DNA from: Hormiphora californensis
Taxonomy: Eukaryota; Animalia; Ctenophora
Length of the DNA: 64,000 nucleotides
Assembly (NCBI GenBank): GCA_020137815.1
Contig: CM035350.1
Location: 2,976,001 to 3,040,000 of the forward strand
Direction: 5' to 3'
Shown piece after piece: positions 1 through 11,672 of the stretch (position 1 is the stretch's first letter; each line of letters begins with the position of its first letter). The notes below the pieces were generated by a model, which saw only the letters and a program-made list of their open reading frames with translations, was not told the origin of the DNA and did not search any database. Position numbers and translations under genes: made by a program.

Positions 1-94
1 GGTCAGAGCATTGGCCTGACAGATAATAATAAGCCTTGTTAAACTCTAAAACTTGGGGAATTTCTAGATTAGTGGAGGCCGGGCTGTCTATAAA

Positions 95-188
95 ATGAGG
101 AGTAAGGACATATTTGTAGTAGCAGCCTTCATCTTTGCTATCCTAACCGTTATATTGTACTATGCGGTGACTAAACCGCACTTTAACG
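95..188 (+). CDS. Variable first coding exon V1 of KCNMB-like gene (N-terminus + TM1)
   Basis: ATG at 95 gives MRSKDIFVVAAFIFAILTVILYYAVTKPHFN-G, ending in phase-1 donor G|GTATG; paralogous to V2-V6. Confidence 0.8.
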
Positions 189-264
189 GTATGTTATAAA
201 GATCCTCTCTGTGTGCTGTGTAGTGAGTATGATCCTGATATGATTGTATTGTAGAATAATAACC

Positions 265-462
265 ACCTAGTTACACTTAGTGACACCTAGTGACACCTAG
301 TGATACCTAGTGACACCTTTTGACACCTAGTTACACTTAGTGACACCTAGTTACACCTAGTGATACCTAGTGACACCTAGTTACACCTAGTGATACCTAG
401 TTACACTTAGTGACACCTAGTGACACCTAGTAACACGTTTAATGACACCTAGTGACACCCAG
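265..462. repeat. 10-bp minisatellite (GTGACACCTA)n, imperfect
   Basis: About 20 visible tandem copies of g(t/g)(t/g)acacctag-like units. Confidence 0.9.
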
Positions 463-587
463 TGTAATATTAGTGGACGTGCCACCTGTCATTGTGGGTG
501 CTACCTACCTAGGTATACCTATTCAACAACTAACAAGTCATTGGTTATGCTACGTTGGTAGAGCCCGTGGATATTTTACGATCCATT

Positions 588-2515
588 GGGGGGGACGACA
601 TGTTAATTGTTAATAAATCACCTCTTTTTTTCGATTTTGTTAATTAACGTTAATTAACAAAATTAACAAAGTTAACAAATCAGCAAAGACTGTTCTTATT
701 GGTTGATAATACGACTTTAACTGGTTTAATTTTATAGTTTAATGACTTTTCTAACACTTGGAAAGCGCAGTTCTTTGAGTAAAATCTCTTTCGATCCAGT
801 TATCAACTTTGGAGGAACGGAAATCTTCCCCAGTGAATGTAGTGGAGCAGATGGGAAAACCTTGGGAATACTCTTGGACCACAATCTTAATCTTGAACGA
901 CAGGTTAACAATGTGAGGAAACAGTGTGGGCTGATACTACGGAATCTTTGGCAGTTACACAGATGTTTTGATATTCAAACGAAGATAATGTTGGTGAAAC
1001 AATTGATTATATCGAGGATTGATTACAGTAATATTCTGTACTGTGGACTTCCGGCCCGAGTTCTTGGTGGGCTCCAGAAAACACTAAACTCCTGTGTACG
1101 CTTTATATTCAACATCCATGGGCATCAAGAGGATTACTCGGAATACTTCAGGCAGTGTCATATTTTACCCATCTCCTACAGACTGGACTTCAAAGCCTGT
1201 CTAATCGCTTATAAGATAGTCTATGGAACGGCGCCAGGTTACCTCCAGGAAATGGTTCCTCTTGATAAAAGCTGGGGAGTCTCCAGGACAACAAGGATGA
1301 CTAGTGTTATTGATCCTTACAGATTAAAACACCCCAAGATGACCAGTATCAACGCCAATTCTAAATTGAGACGTAGGAGACTATCAGTATTTCTGCCTGC
1401 TATTTGGAATGAGCTACCCCTTGAGTTAAGGTCGATCCCCAACGTTGATACCTTTAAAGCTCGCCTGAAAACACATCTCTTCGTTGGTGCATTTGGAGTG
1501 GGTGATGGGGAACCCATGGCTGAGTTGTAATGTTTGTTGTAGTTGTGGGGCCTGCGGGCAATCAGTGTCATCCTCTCTCTAGTCATGTTATTAAATCACT
1601 ATCTGGTATCCTTTTTTGAGCAGGTGTGAGTATAGCGTGTTTAAAATTATATCTACAGGTTTATGGGACCAGTTATTCCCCCAGTTTGATAAGTCCAGTT
1701 AATTTGGTTTTCCATATATTGTCTTTTTCAACCAGAATTGTTCGTGTGCGATATTTTTACTCTAGGATATACCGCTCTGATGACTCGTCGGAACATCGCC
1801 AATATTTTGACATGTTTCCGTCGGGTATGGGCGGTATATAAGCGCGGAATATTATTATTATTATTACATATATACACAAACAAGGCCTCTTCCGATAACC
1901 AAAGTCCGACATACATGTTTTTTGGCTCAAAATCGATAAAAATCCAAAAGTTACAAATATTTCAATTTAGCGGATAAAATCTCACTTTAACGTGATTTTT
2001 TCATTGATAATCGATTCTTTGAACGAAAGAATATGATGTACAACGTTTCTGTCGGAAAAAGAAACAAAATATTTCCAAAATCAATTTTTGGTCAAAAATT
2101 GAAAATTTGCTTCGCTACAAATCCTTGTGTTTTTTTTAGAAAAATTGATTTTTGGGATATTTTTGTTTTATGGTAAATTCATGAGTCTTATTTAGTTTTT
2201 AGGGTTAAAAAAAGTGGATTAGGGTCAATTGACTTCAATTGCGGTTTAGTTTGGCTAGTTTTTATTAAAATTTACACAGAGGAACAAATCGCTGTAAAAA
2301 AGCCGTAGTAGAGGTAGTGGTGGTGTGTAAATCGTGCAACATCTTTGCTCGCATAACAAGTGTTAAATACCAAAAACACGTGCTAAAGGTGATTTAGATG
2401 GCATAAATGGCATTTGTTAACGTTTGTTAACTTTTTGTTAATTTTGTTAATAAATCACCTGTTTTCTCGATGTTAATATTAACAAAGTTAACAAAATTAA
2501 CATGTCGCACCCCCC
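588..2515. mobile_element. Non-autonomous TIR DNA transposon with poly-G termini and 8-bp TSD; hosts the LINE fragment
   Basis: GGGGGGGACGACATGTTAA ... TTAACATGTCGCACCCCCC; TSD GATCCATT at 580-587 and 2516-2523. Confidence 0.75.
742..1866 (+). mobile_element. 5'-truncated L2/CR1-group LINE (RT C-terminal part, 3' UTR, (ATT)n tail)
   Basis: ORF 742-1530 has LGILLD...LIISRIDYSNILYCGLP...LPISYRLDFK...WNELPLELR, typical of the L2/Crack/Daphne ORF2 end; 3' stem ATACCGC/GCGGTAT followed by ATT repeats. Confidence 0.85.
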
Positions 2516-2589
2516 GATCCATTTTTTTATTGTAATACAATTTGTATACCGGTTTAAAATGTTTTCCCGATAAAAACGTCTTCAGTGAC

Positions 2590-2695
2590 ATGTCTGATGA
2601 GATTGAAACGCTCAAGGCGGTGTTTTGCCTTCAACTTCTAGCGGCTATATCCACTGTCTTATGTGGCATCTACATAACACGCCCTAATGTTCATG
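2590..2695 (+). CDS. Variable first coding exon V2 of KCNMB-like gene
   Basis: MSDEIETLKAVFCLQLLAAISTVLCGIYITRPNVH-G|GTAAT, phase 1; CTTCAG lies 4 nt before the ATG. Confidence 0.8.
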
Positions 2696-2945
2696 GTAAT
2701 AATTGGGTTTTGATTCGTGAAGTTTTGATTCTTTTGATTTTGGTTTAGTGGGTATGTAAACTGCTCTGATTATCCCTCAGTGGCAGCATCAGCTATGCTG
2801 TCCCTGGGGGATCTGGGCAGGATACAAGTCTGGATAGTATTCTTGTTATTATTATCTTAGATAATATCTAATTGATTGACTTTTGAGATTGAAAATCACT
2901 GGTGATGATTTATTGATTTGAATCGGTGAAAAAGCCAACAAACTA

Positions 2946-3117
2946 CAGTCGGACCCCGATTTAACGGCCCCCGATTTAGCGGCACCCCGATTTAACGGCA
3001 GCATAATCTTCCCCCGATATGGGAAATTAACATTATTTGACCCCGATTTAGCGGACACCCCGATTTAACGGACAAAATCCTTTCCCCCGAGGGTGCCGTT
3101 AAATCGGGGTCTGACTG
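2946..3117. mobile_element. MITE, Tc1/mariner-pogo type (CAGTCGGACCCCGATTT TIR, TA TSD)
   Basis: TA-CAGTCGGACCCCGATTTAACGGC...GCCGTTAAATCGGGGTCTGACTG-TA; relatives near 23207-23295 and at 61475-61604. Confidence 0.85.
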
Positions 3118-3523
3118 TAGTACTACCAGAAGTCCTGGTGTAGCACAATACAGTTGTCTACATCACGCACTTTTCACACAGCACCTGGACTCAGTTTATA
3201 TTGGGACTGTTCTCTCTCTATCCCTTTGTGCTGTGTAGCAAGTTAGAGAATCATGAGACGTGTAGTAGTTTTGCTAAATTGTGGGATCTTTTTGTTCCGT
3301 GTTCTCGTACTAACCAGGTATAGCGGAGGGGTTGTCAGGCACTGACTGTAAGTTGTAACATCTCGCACGCTGCTCGATTTACATTGTCCTCTTTTTTCCA
3401 AAAATGTCCTCATGGAACTGAGTAGAGGCCAGGTGTAATACGAAACAACGGAGGGGAGGTCTCATTTGAAACTAGTACAGCTGCTCTACACCGATTTTTC
3501 ATAATAGTCACACCTTTAGAAAT

Positions 3524-3641
3524 ATGACTTGTGATGGTGATATATGGTATAAGACGCTCGAAGGGGTGTTTTACCTTTTATTTGCAGCGGCTTTAAGCGT
3601 AATCTTATGTGGCATCTACATAACACGGCCTAATGTTCACG
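3524..3641 (+). CDS. Variable first coding exon V3 of KCNMB-like gene
   Basis: MTCDGDIWYKTLEGVFYLLFAAALSVILCGIYITRPNVH-G|GTAAT; downstream intron nearly identical to that of V2. Confidence 0.8.
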
Positions 3642-3967
3642 GTAATTAATTGGGTTTTGATTCGTGAAGTTTTGATATTCTTTTGATTTATGAGATTGAA
3701 CATATCACTGATCATGATGATTAATTATTGATTTGAATATGTGAAACTTCTGTGTGTCCATGTGTGTCTGTGTGTGTTATTGTATTAGTCCCACATGGTG
3801 TTGCACAATAGTTGTCTAGCTCACACACACTTTTCACAACGCATCATGAGAGGGCCTGCAGTGATTATATTTGATCTGCCAACTGCACAATTAGAAACAG
3901 TATCACACTATTGATTGTTTCAGTATTCATATCGACTGTTCTCTTGTTTTGTTGTTACACGGTTGTC

Positions 3968-4064
3968 ATGACAAAGTTGAATGATTTTGTTTTGTTCATT
4001 GGATTCTGTTCCGTTGTTGCCATTATATGTGGAGGATATCTGGTCCTTCAGCCTAACATTCATG
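3968..4064 (+). CDS. Variable first coding exon V4 of KCNMB-like gene
   Basis: MTKLNDFVLFIGFCSVVAIICGGYLVLQPNIH-G|GTAAA, phase 1. Confidence 0.75.
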
Positions 4065-4435
4065 GTAAATATACCCACACTAGACAGTAGACAATACGTG
4101 ATTGACTTGGTAGATTTACTTATGATATTGATACGAATAGATTGTAGATCCAGGAGTGCCGATTGTCTTTTTTACTTCGTTATTACAGGTATACAATTTT
4201 GAGGGGGGCTTACACACAAGGGCATATACATTAATATCTCAACGGTGTACATACTACATCATAACAAACTAAAGCTAAAGTGTATAGCTACAGTTACTTT
4301 TCAGACACTGACTGTACAGTGTACACTGCGAAGCTGAAGAGGACGGTCTTATAATGAGACAAACAGTTACACAATATACCTTTACGCAATACAGTGGGAC
4401 TACTTGTATACACTGTCTCTATTTATAGCTGGGAG

Positions 4436-7400
4436 TTAATAAATCGGGGTGTTCCGAGAGACTGATCCTAAACTGAGCCAATACACACAGCTAGAGCGGA
4501 GAGTCACCGTCATGGTGTGCACTATCACCAGGGTCACAATATACAGTCGATGGGGGTTGACTATAACTCTCAACGCATCTAGCCTCTGCCAACAAGTCAT
4601 GGTGTTGCACTGCACGGAACCCTCCAACTCCGATTCCTTGTTTAACTAGCCGTACAGCAAGGATCTCGGCTGGATTCGTCTCAGACTAGGCACATATTCC
4701 AACACGATAGTAGCAGGAGAGATCAACACTTATACCAAGCACACAGGGTAGAAACAATCCTACCTAGAGAAAAATGTTACCTTATCCAGAACACAAGGAT
4801 TGTTTCTACCCTGTGTGCTTGGTATAAGTGTTGATCTCTCCTGCTACTATCGTGTTGGAATATGTGCCTAGTCTGAGACGAATCCAGCCGAGATCCTTGC
4901 TGTACGGCTAGTTAAACAAGGAATCGGAGTTGGAGGGTTCCGTGCAGTGCAACACCATGACTTGTTGGCAGAGGCTAGATGCGTTGAGAGTTATAGTCAA
5001 CCCCCATCGACTGTATATTGTGACCCTGGTGATAGTGCACACCATGACGGTGACTCTCCGCTCTAGCTGTGTGTATTGGCTCAGTTTAGGATCAGTCTCT
5101 CGGAACACCCCGATTTATCAATCAAGTATCAATAACATTGTACTTCTCCGAGTTGACTGTGTTAAATACCAATTATAATGGGGCCTACTGATGTCCGATA
5201 CACACTACCTAGAGAAAAATGTTATCTTATCCAGAACACAAGGATTGTTTCTACCCTGTGTGCTTGGTATAAGTGTTGATCTCTCCTGCTACTATCGTGT
5301 TGGAATATGTGCCTAGTCTGAGACGAATCCAGCCGAGATCCTTGCTGTACGGCTAGTTAAACAAGGAATCGGAGTTGGAGGGTTCCGTGCAGTGCAACAC
5401 CATGACATGTTGGCAGAGGCTAGATGCGTTGAGAGTTATAGTCAACCCCCATCGACTGTATATTGTGACCCTGGTGATAGTGCACACCATGACGGTGACT
5501 CTCCGCTCTAGCTGTGTGTATTGGCTCAGTTTAGGATCAGTCTCTCGGAACACCCCGATTTATCAATCAAGTATCAATAACATTGTACTTCTCCGAGTTG
5601 ACTGTGTTAAATACCAATTATAATGGGGCCTACTGATGTCCGATACACACTACCTAGAGAAAAATGTTATCTTATCCAGAACACAAGGATTGTTTCTACC
5701 CTGTGTGCTTGGTATAAGTGTTGATCTCTCCTGCTACTATCGTGTTGGAATATGTGCCTAGTCTGAGACGAATCCAGCCGAGATCCTTGCTGTACGGCTA
5801 GTTAAACAAGGAATCGGAGTTGGAGGGTTCCGTGCAGTGCAACACCATGACATGTTGGCAGAGGCTAGATGCGTTGAGAGTTATAGTCAACCCCCATCGA
5901 CTGTATATTGTGACCCTGGTGATAGTGCACACCATGACGGTGACTCTCCGCTCTAGCTGTGTGTATTGGCTCAGTTTAGGATCAGTCTCTCGGAACACCC
6001 CGATTTATCAATCAAGTATCAATAACATTGTACTTCTCCGAGTTGACTGTGTTAAATACCAATTATAATGGGGCCTACTGATGTCCGATACACACTACCT
6101 AGAGAAAAATGTTATCTTATCCAGAACACAAGGATTGTTTCTACCCTGTGTGCTTGGTATAAGTGTTGATCTCTCCTGCTACTATCGTGTTGGAATATGT
6201 GCCTAGTCTGAGACGAATCCAGCCGAGATCCTTGCTGTACGGCTAGTTAAACAAGGAATCGGAGTTGGAGGGTTCCGTGCAGTGCAACACCATGACATTG
6301 TTGGCAGAGGCTAGATGCGTTGAGAGTTATAGTCAACCCCCATCGACTGTATATTGTGACCCTGGTGATAGTGCACACCATGACGGTGACTCTCCGCTCT
6401 AGCTGTGTGTATTGGCTCAGTTTAGGATCAGTCTCTCGGAACACCCCGATTTATCAATCAAGTATCAATAACATTGTACTTCCCCGAGTTGACTGTGTTA
6501 AATACCAATTATAATGGGGCCTACTGATGTCCGATACACACTACCTAGAGAAAAATGTTACCTTATCCAGAACACAAGGATTGTTTCTACCCTGTGTGCT
6601 TGGTATAAGTGTTGATCTCTCCTGCTACTATCGTGTTGGAATATGTGCCTAGTCTGAGACGAATCCAGCCGAGATCCTTGCTGTACGGCTAGTTAAACAA
6701 GGAATCGGAGTTGGAGGGTTCCGTGCAGTGCAACACCATGACTTGTTGGCAGAGGCTAGATGCGTTGAGAGTTATAGTCAACCCCCATCGACTGTATATT
6801 GTGACCCTGGTGATAGTGCACACCATGACGGTGACTCTCCGCTCTAGCTGTGTGTATTGGCTCAGTTTAGGATCAGTCTCTCGGAACACCCCGATTTATC
6901 AATCAAGTATCAATAACATTGTACTTCCCCGAGTTGACTGTGTTAAATACCAATTATAATGGGGCCTACTGATGTCCGATACACACTACCTAGAGAAAAA
7001 TGTTACCTTATCCAGAACACAAGGATTGTTTCTACCCTGTGTGCTTGGTATAAGTGTTGATCTCTCCTGCTACTATCGTGTTGGAATATGTGCCTAGTCT
7101 GAGACGAATCCAGCCGAGATCCTTGCTGTACGGCTAGTTAAACAAGGAATCGGAGTTGGAGGGTTCCGTGCAGTGCAACACCATGACTTGTTGGCAGAGG
7201 CTAGATGCGTTGAGAGTTATAGTCAACCCCCATCGACTGTATATTGTGACCCTGGTGATAGTGCACACCATGACGGTGACTCTCCGCTCTAGCTGTGTGT
7301 ATTGGCTCAGTTTAGGATCAGTCTCTCGGAACACCCCGATTTATCAATCAAGTATCAATAACATTGTACTTCCCCGAGTTGACTGTGTTAAATACCAATT

Positions 7401-10352
7401 ATAATGGGGCCTACTGATGTCCGATACACACTACCTAGAGAAAAATGTTACCTTATCCAGAACACAAGGATTGTTTCTACCCTGTGTGCTTGGTATAAGT
7501 GTTGATCTCTCCTGCTACTATCGTGTTGGAATATGTGCCTAGTCTGAGACGAATCCAGCCGAGATCCTTGCTGTACGGCTAGTTAAACAAGGAATCGGAG
7601 TTGGAGGGTTCCGTGCAGTGCAACACCATGACTTGTTGGCAGAGGCTAGATGCGTTGAGAGTTATAGTCAACCCCCATCGACTGTATATTGTGACCCTGG
7701 TGATAGTGCACACCATGACGGTGACTCTCCGCTCTAGCTGTGTGTATTGGCTCAGTTTAGGATCAGTCTCTCGGAACACCCCGATTTATCAATCAAGTAT
7801 CAATAACATTGTACTTCCCCGAGTTGACTGTGTTAAATACCAATTATAATGGGGCCTACTGATGTCCGATACACACTACCTAGAGAAAAATGTTACCTTA
7901 TCCAGAACACAAGGATTGTTTCTACCCTGTGTGCTTGGTATAAGTGTTGATCTCTCCTGCTACTATCGTGTTGGAATATGTGCCTAGTCTGAGACGAATC
8001 CAGCCGAGATCCTTGCTGTACGGCTAGTTAAACAAGGAATCGGAGTTGGAGGGTTCCGTGCAGTGCAACACCATGACTTGTTGGCAGAGGCTAGATGCGT
8101 TGAGAGTTATAGTCAACCCCCATCGACTGTATATTGTGACCCTGGTGATAGTGCACACCATGACGGTGACTCTCCGCTCTAGCTGTGTGTATTGGCTCAG
8201 TTTAGGATCAGTCTCTCGGAACACCCCGATTTATCAATCAAGTATCAATAACATTGTACTTCCCCGAGTTGACTGTGTTAAATACCAATTATAATGGGGC
8301 CTACTGATGTCCGATACACACTACCTAGAGAAAAATGTTACCTTATCCAGAACACAAGGATTGTTTCTACCCTGTGTGCTTGGTATAAGTGTTGATCTCT
8401 CCTGCTACTATCGTGTTGGAATATGTGCCTAGTCTGAGACGAATCCAGCCGAGATCCTTGCTGTACGGCTAGTTAAACAAGGAATCGGAGTTGGAGGGTT
8501 CCGTGCAGTGCAACACCATGACTTGTTGGCAGAGGCTAGATGCGTTGAGAGTTATAGTCAACCCCCATCGACTGTATATTGTGACCCTGGTGATAGTGCA
8601 CACCATGACGGTGACTCTCCGCTCTAGCTGTGTGTATTGGCTCAGTTTAGGATCAGTCTCTCGGAACACCCCGATTTACCAATCAAGTATCAATAACATT
8701 GTACTTCCCCGAGTTGACTGTGTTAAATACCAATTATAATGGGGCCTACTGATGTCCGATACACACTACCTAGAGAAAAATGTTACCTTATCCAGAACAC
8801 AAGGATTGTTTCTACCCTGTGTGCTTGGTATAAGTGTTGATCTCTCCTGCTACTATCGTGTTGGAATATGTGCCTAGTCTGAGACGAATCCAGCCGAGAT
8901 CCTTGCTGTACGGCTAGTTAAACAAGGAATCGGAGTTGGAGGGTTCCGTGCAGTGCAACACCATGACTTGTTGGCAGAGGCTAGATGCGTTGAGAGTTAT
9001 AGTCAACCCCCATCGACTGTATATTGTGACCCTGGTGATAGTGCACACCATGACGGTGACTCTCCGCTCTAGCTGTGTGTATTGGCTCAGTTTAGGATCA
9101 GTCTCTCGGAACACCCCGATTTATCAATCAAGTATCAATAACATTGTACTTCCCCGAGTTGACTGTGTTAAATACCAATTATAATGGGGCCTACTGATGT
9201 CCGATACACACTACCTAGAGAAAAATGTTACCTTATCCAGAACACAAGGATTGTTTCTACCCTGTGTGCTTGGTATAAGTGTTGATCTCTCCTGCTACTA
9301 TCGTGTTGGAATATGTGCCTAGTCTGAGACGAATCCAGCCGAGATCCTTGCTGTACGGCTAGTTAAACAAGGAATCGGAGTTGGAGGGTTCCGTGCAGTG
9401 CAACACCATGACTTGTTGGCAGAGGCTAGATGCGTTGAGAGTTATAGTCAACCCCCATCGACTGTATATTGTGACCCTGGTGATAGTGCACACCATGACG
9501 GTGACTCTCCGCTCTAGCTGTGTGTATTGGCTCAGTTTAGGATCAGTCTCTCGGAACACCCCGATTTATCAATCAAGTATCAATAACATTGTACTTCCCC
9601 GAGTTGACTGTGTTAAATACCAATTATAATGGGGCCTACTGATGTCCGATACACACTACCTAGAGAAAAATGTTACCTTATCCAGAACACAAGGATTGTT
9701 TCTACCCTGTGTGCTTGGTATAAGTGTTGATCTCTCCTGCTACTATCGTGTTGGAATATGTGCCTAGTCTGAGACGAATCCAGCCGAGATCCTTGCTGTA
9801 CGGCTAGTTAAACAAGGAATCGGAGTTGGAGGGTTCCGTGCAGTGCAACACCATGACTTGTTGGCAGAGGCTAGATGCGTTGAGAGTTATAGTCAACCCC
9901 CATCGACTGTATATTGTGACCCTGGTGATAGTGCACACCATGACGGTGACTCTCCGCTCTAGCTGTGTGTATTGGCTCAGTTTAGGATCAGTCTCTCGGA
10001 ACACCCCGATTTATCAATCAAGTATCAATAACATTGTACTTCCCCGAGTTGACTGTGTTAAATACCAATTATAATGGGGCCTACTGATGTCCGATACACA
10101 CTACCTAGAGAAAAATGTTACCTTATCCAGAACACAAGGATTGTTTCTACCCTGTGTGCTTGGTATAAGTGTTGATCTCTCCTGCTACTATCGTGTTGGA
10201 ATATGTGCCTAGTCTGAGACGAATCCAGCCGAGATCCTTGCTGTACGGCTAGTTAAACAAGGAATCGGAGTTGGAGGGTTCCGTGCAGTGCAACACCATG
10301 ACTTGTTGGCAGAGGCTAGATGCGTTGAGAGTTATAGTCAACCCCCATCGAC
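4436..10352. mobile_element. TSD-flanked 445-bp tandem array (about 12.6 units) with an inverted partial unit at the left end; retrozyme-like insertion
   Basis: Unit period 445 (4761, 5206, ...); inverted copy at about 4436-4760; direct repeat TATAGCTGGGAG at 4424-4435 and 10353-10364. Confidence 0.85.
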
Positions 10353-10487
10353 TATAGCTGGGAGTCATACAATAACATTATAACAGCTCTGTCACCTTTT
10401 GTTAAAAGATCTGTCGTAGCTCTGTTCTTTCTATTCATACTGCTGAGAAACTAGTCTCTGTTCTGGCAAGCCTTGTATATGTAGGAT

Positions 10488-10596
10488 ATGCTAAGTTTGC
10501 TGAGAGAATTAAAACCATTCTCACCATCTCTCGCTGTCATATCTTTGGTTGTTATTATTCTTTGTGGTATCTTCATAACAAAACCACATTTAAACG
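10488..10596 (+). CDS. Variable first coding exon V5 of KCNMB-like gene
   Basis: MLSLLRELKPFSPSLAVISLVVIILCGIFITKPHLN-G|GTATG, phase 1; TGTAG lies 3 nt before the ATG. Confidence 0.8.
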
Positions 10597-11150
10597 GTAT
10601 GTTACCCCTCTCTAAACATGTGTATAATAGAAAGCATTATTGGTTTGTTGAGTTGAGGGAACCACACACGCCACACCGGGCCATGCAACTGCCAACTTGT
10701 CGTTTCACATTTTCTGTCCTCTCCGTGCACTTGTCTGGCGTTACCAGACCCCTTTTTGATTAGATGCGTTTTGGCATTGCGCTTAGATCGCGGGTCGGCG
10801 CCATGCGGAGGCCGCGATATTACAGCCAGAGCCTGACGAGCTCGTTTGGTGCTACAGGGACATTCAGTCGAACTCGGCCCGCGGTTCGGAGAGGAAAGAC
10901 ACGGTTCGACCTTCTTAAAACAAAAAAAGACCTGCTGGTCAACTTGAACTGTTCGTACTGTCTCCGCCCGGTATATTAATAATCGCAGCGGCCAGCAATT
11001 AGCCCCGACCACACGACGTCATTGTTGTTGGTGTGTGTGATAGAATAACAAAGATCGTAAACCACCATCATAGTTGACATTAACGTGGTTTCGTTGATGC
11101 CTTACTCCAACTGTAGGGTTAGAACAGTTTGATATATTGGTCACGATATA

Positions 11151-11247
11151 ATGGGTTTAGAAGATGAAGATTATTTTTATATCGGTGTTATTGCAGCCAT
11201 TGTCACCATTTTATGTGGCGTTTACATCACCAAACCCCATTTACACG
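11151..11247 (+). CDS. Variable first coding exon V6 of KCNMB-like gene
   Basis: MGLEDEDYFYIGVIAAIVTILCGVYITKPHLH-G|GTATG, phase 1. Confidence 0.85.
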
Positions 11248-11672
11248 GTATGTTACCATGGCTGCAGATTTAGTATATACAATGTATTTAGCAGCAGCTA
11301 ATTGGTTCTCAGTCCTGTTTCTAAACAAACTTTGATAATATTTGACTTGTGCAGTGATTCTATAGTTTGTGTGAACATATCTTAATCTACTCCGAAAATG
11401 ATTTTACGAGTGACAGTTTCTCAGATTGTCTGCTGAACTTTGCGAGTAACCAAATGATAACCCCTATCTCCCGATCACCCCCCCCCCATGACCTGTATGG
11501 CGGCGCCATACCCCATTTGATTCTCAGTGCGCTCAGATGGGTCGCGGCGCCAGACAGCCCATGACCACCACTACAATGCTGAACCCCTTACCCCTCAAAT
11601 CCCATGGAATATACTAATCATCATTCATCGCCCATATTCTACCATTGTTGCTCTAATATCACCCCCTCTCAG

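Noticed and set aside
3253-3317. A seventh variable exon (MRRVVVLLNCGIFLF...)
   Set aside because: The donor is phase 2 and the xP(H/N)xx-G end is missing; at most a non-coding leader exon
4436-10074. Repeated 66-aa and 82-aa ORFs in the 445-bp array
   Set aside because: They start at TTG/GTG, overlap on both strands, show no recognisable domain, and one unit is frameshifted; they are by-products of the repeat
4761-10352. CRISPR-like array, or a hammerhead at CTGATGT...GAAA
   Set aside because: There are no unique spacers and the context is eukaryotic; the CTGATGT core is non-canonical, lacks stem II and is sequestered in a long stem
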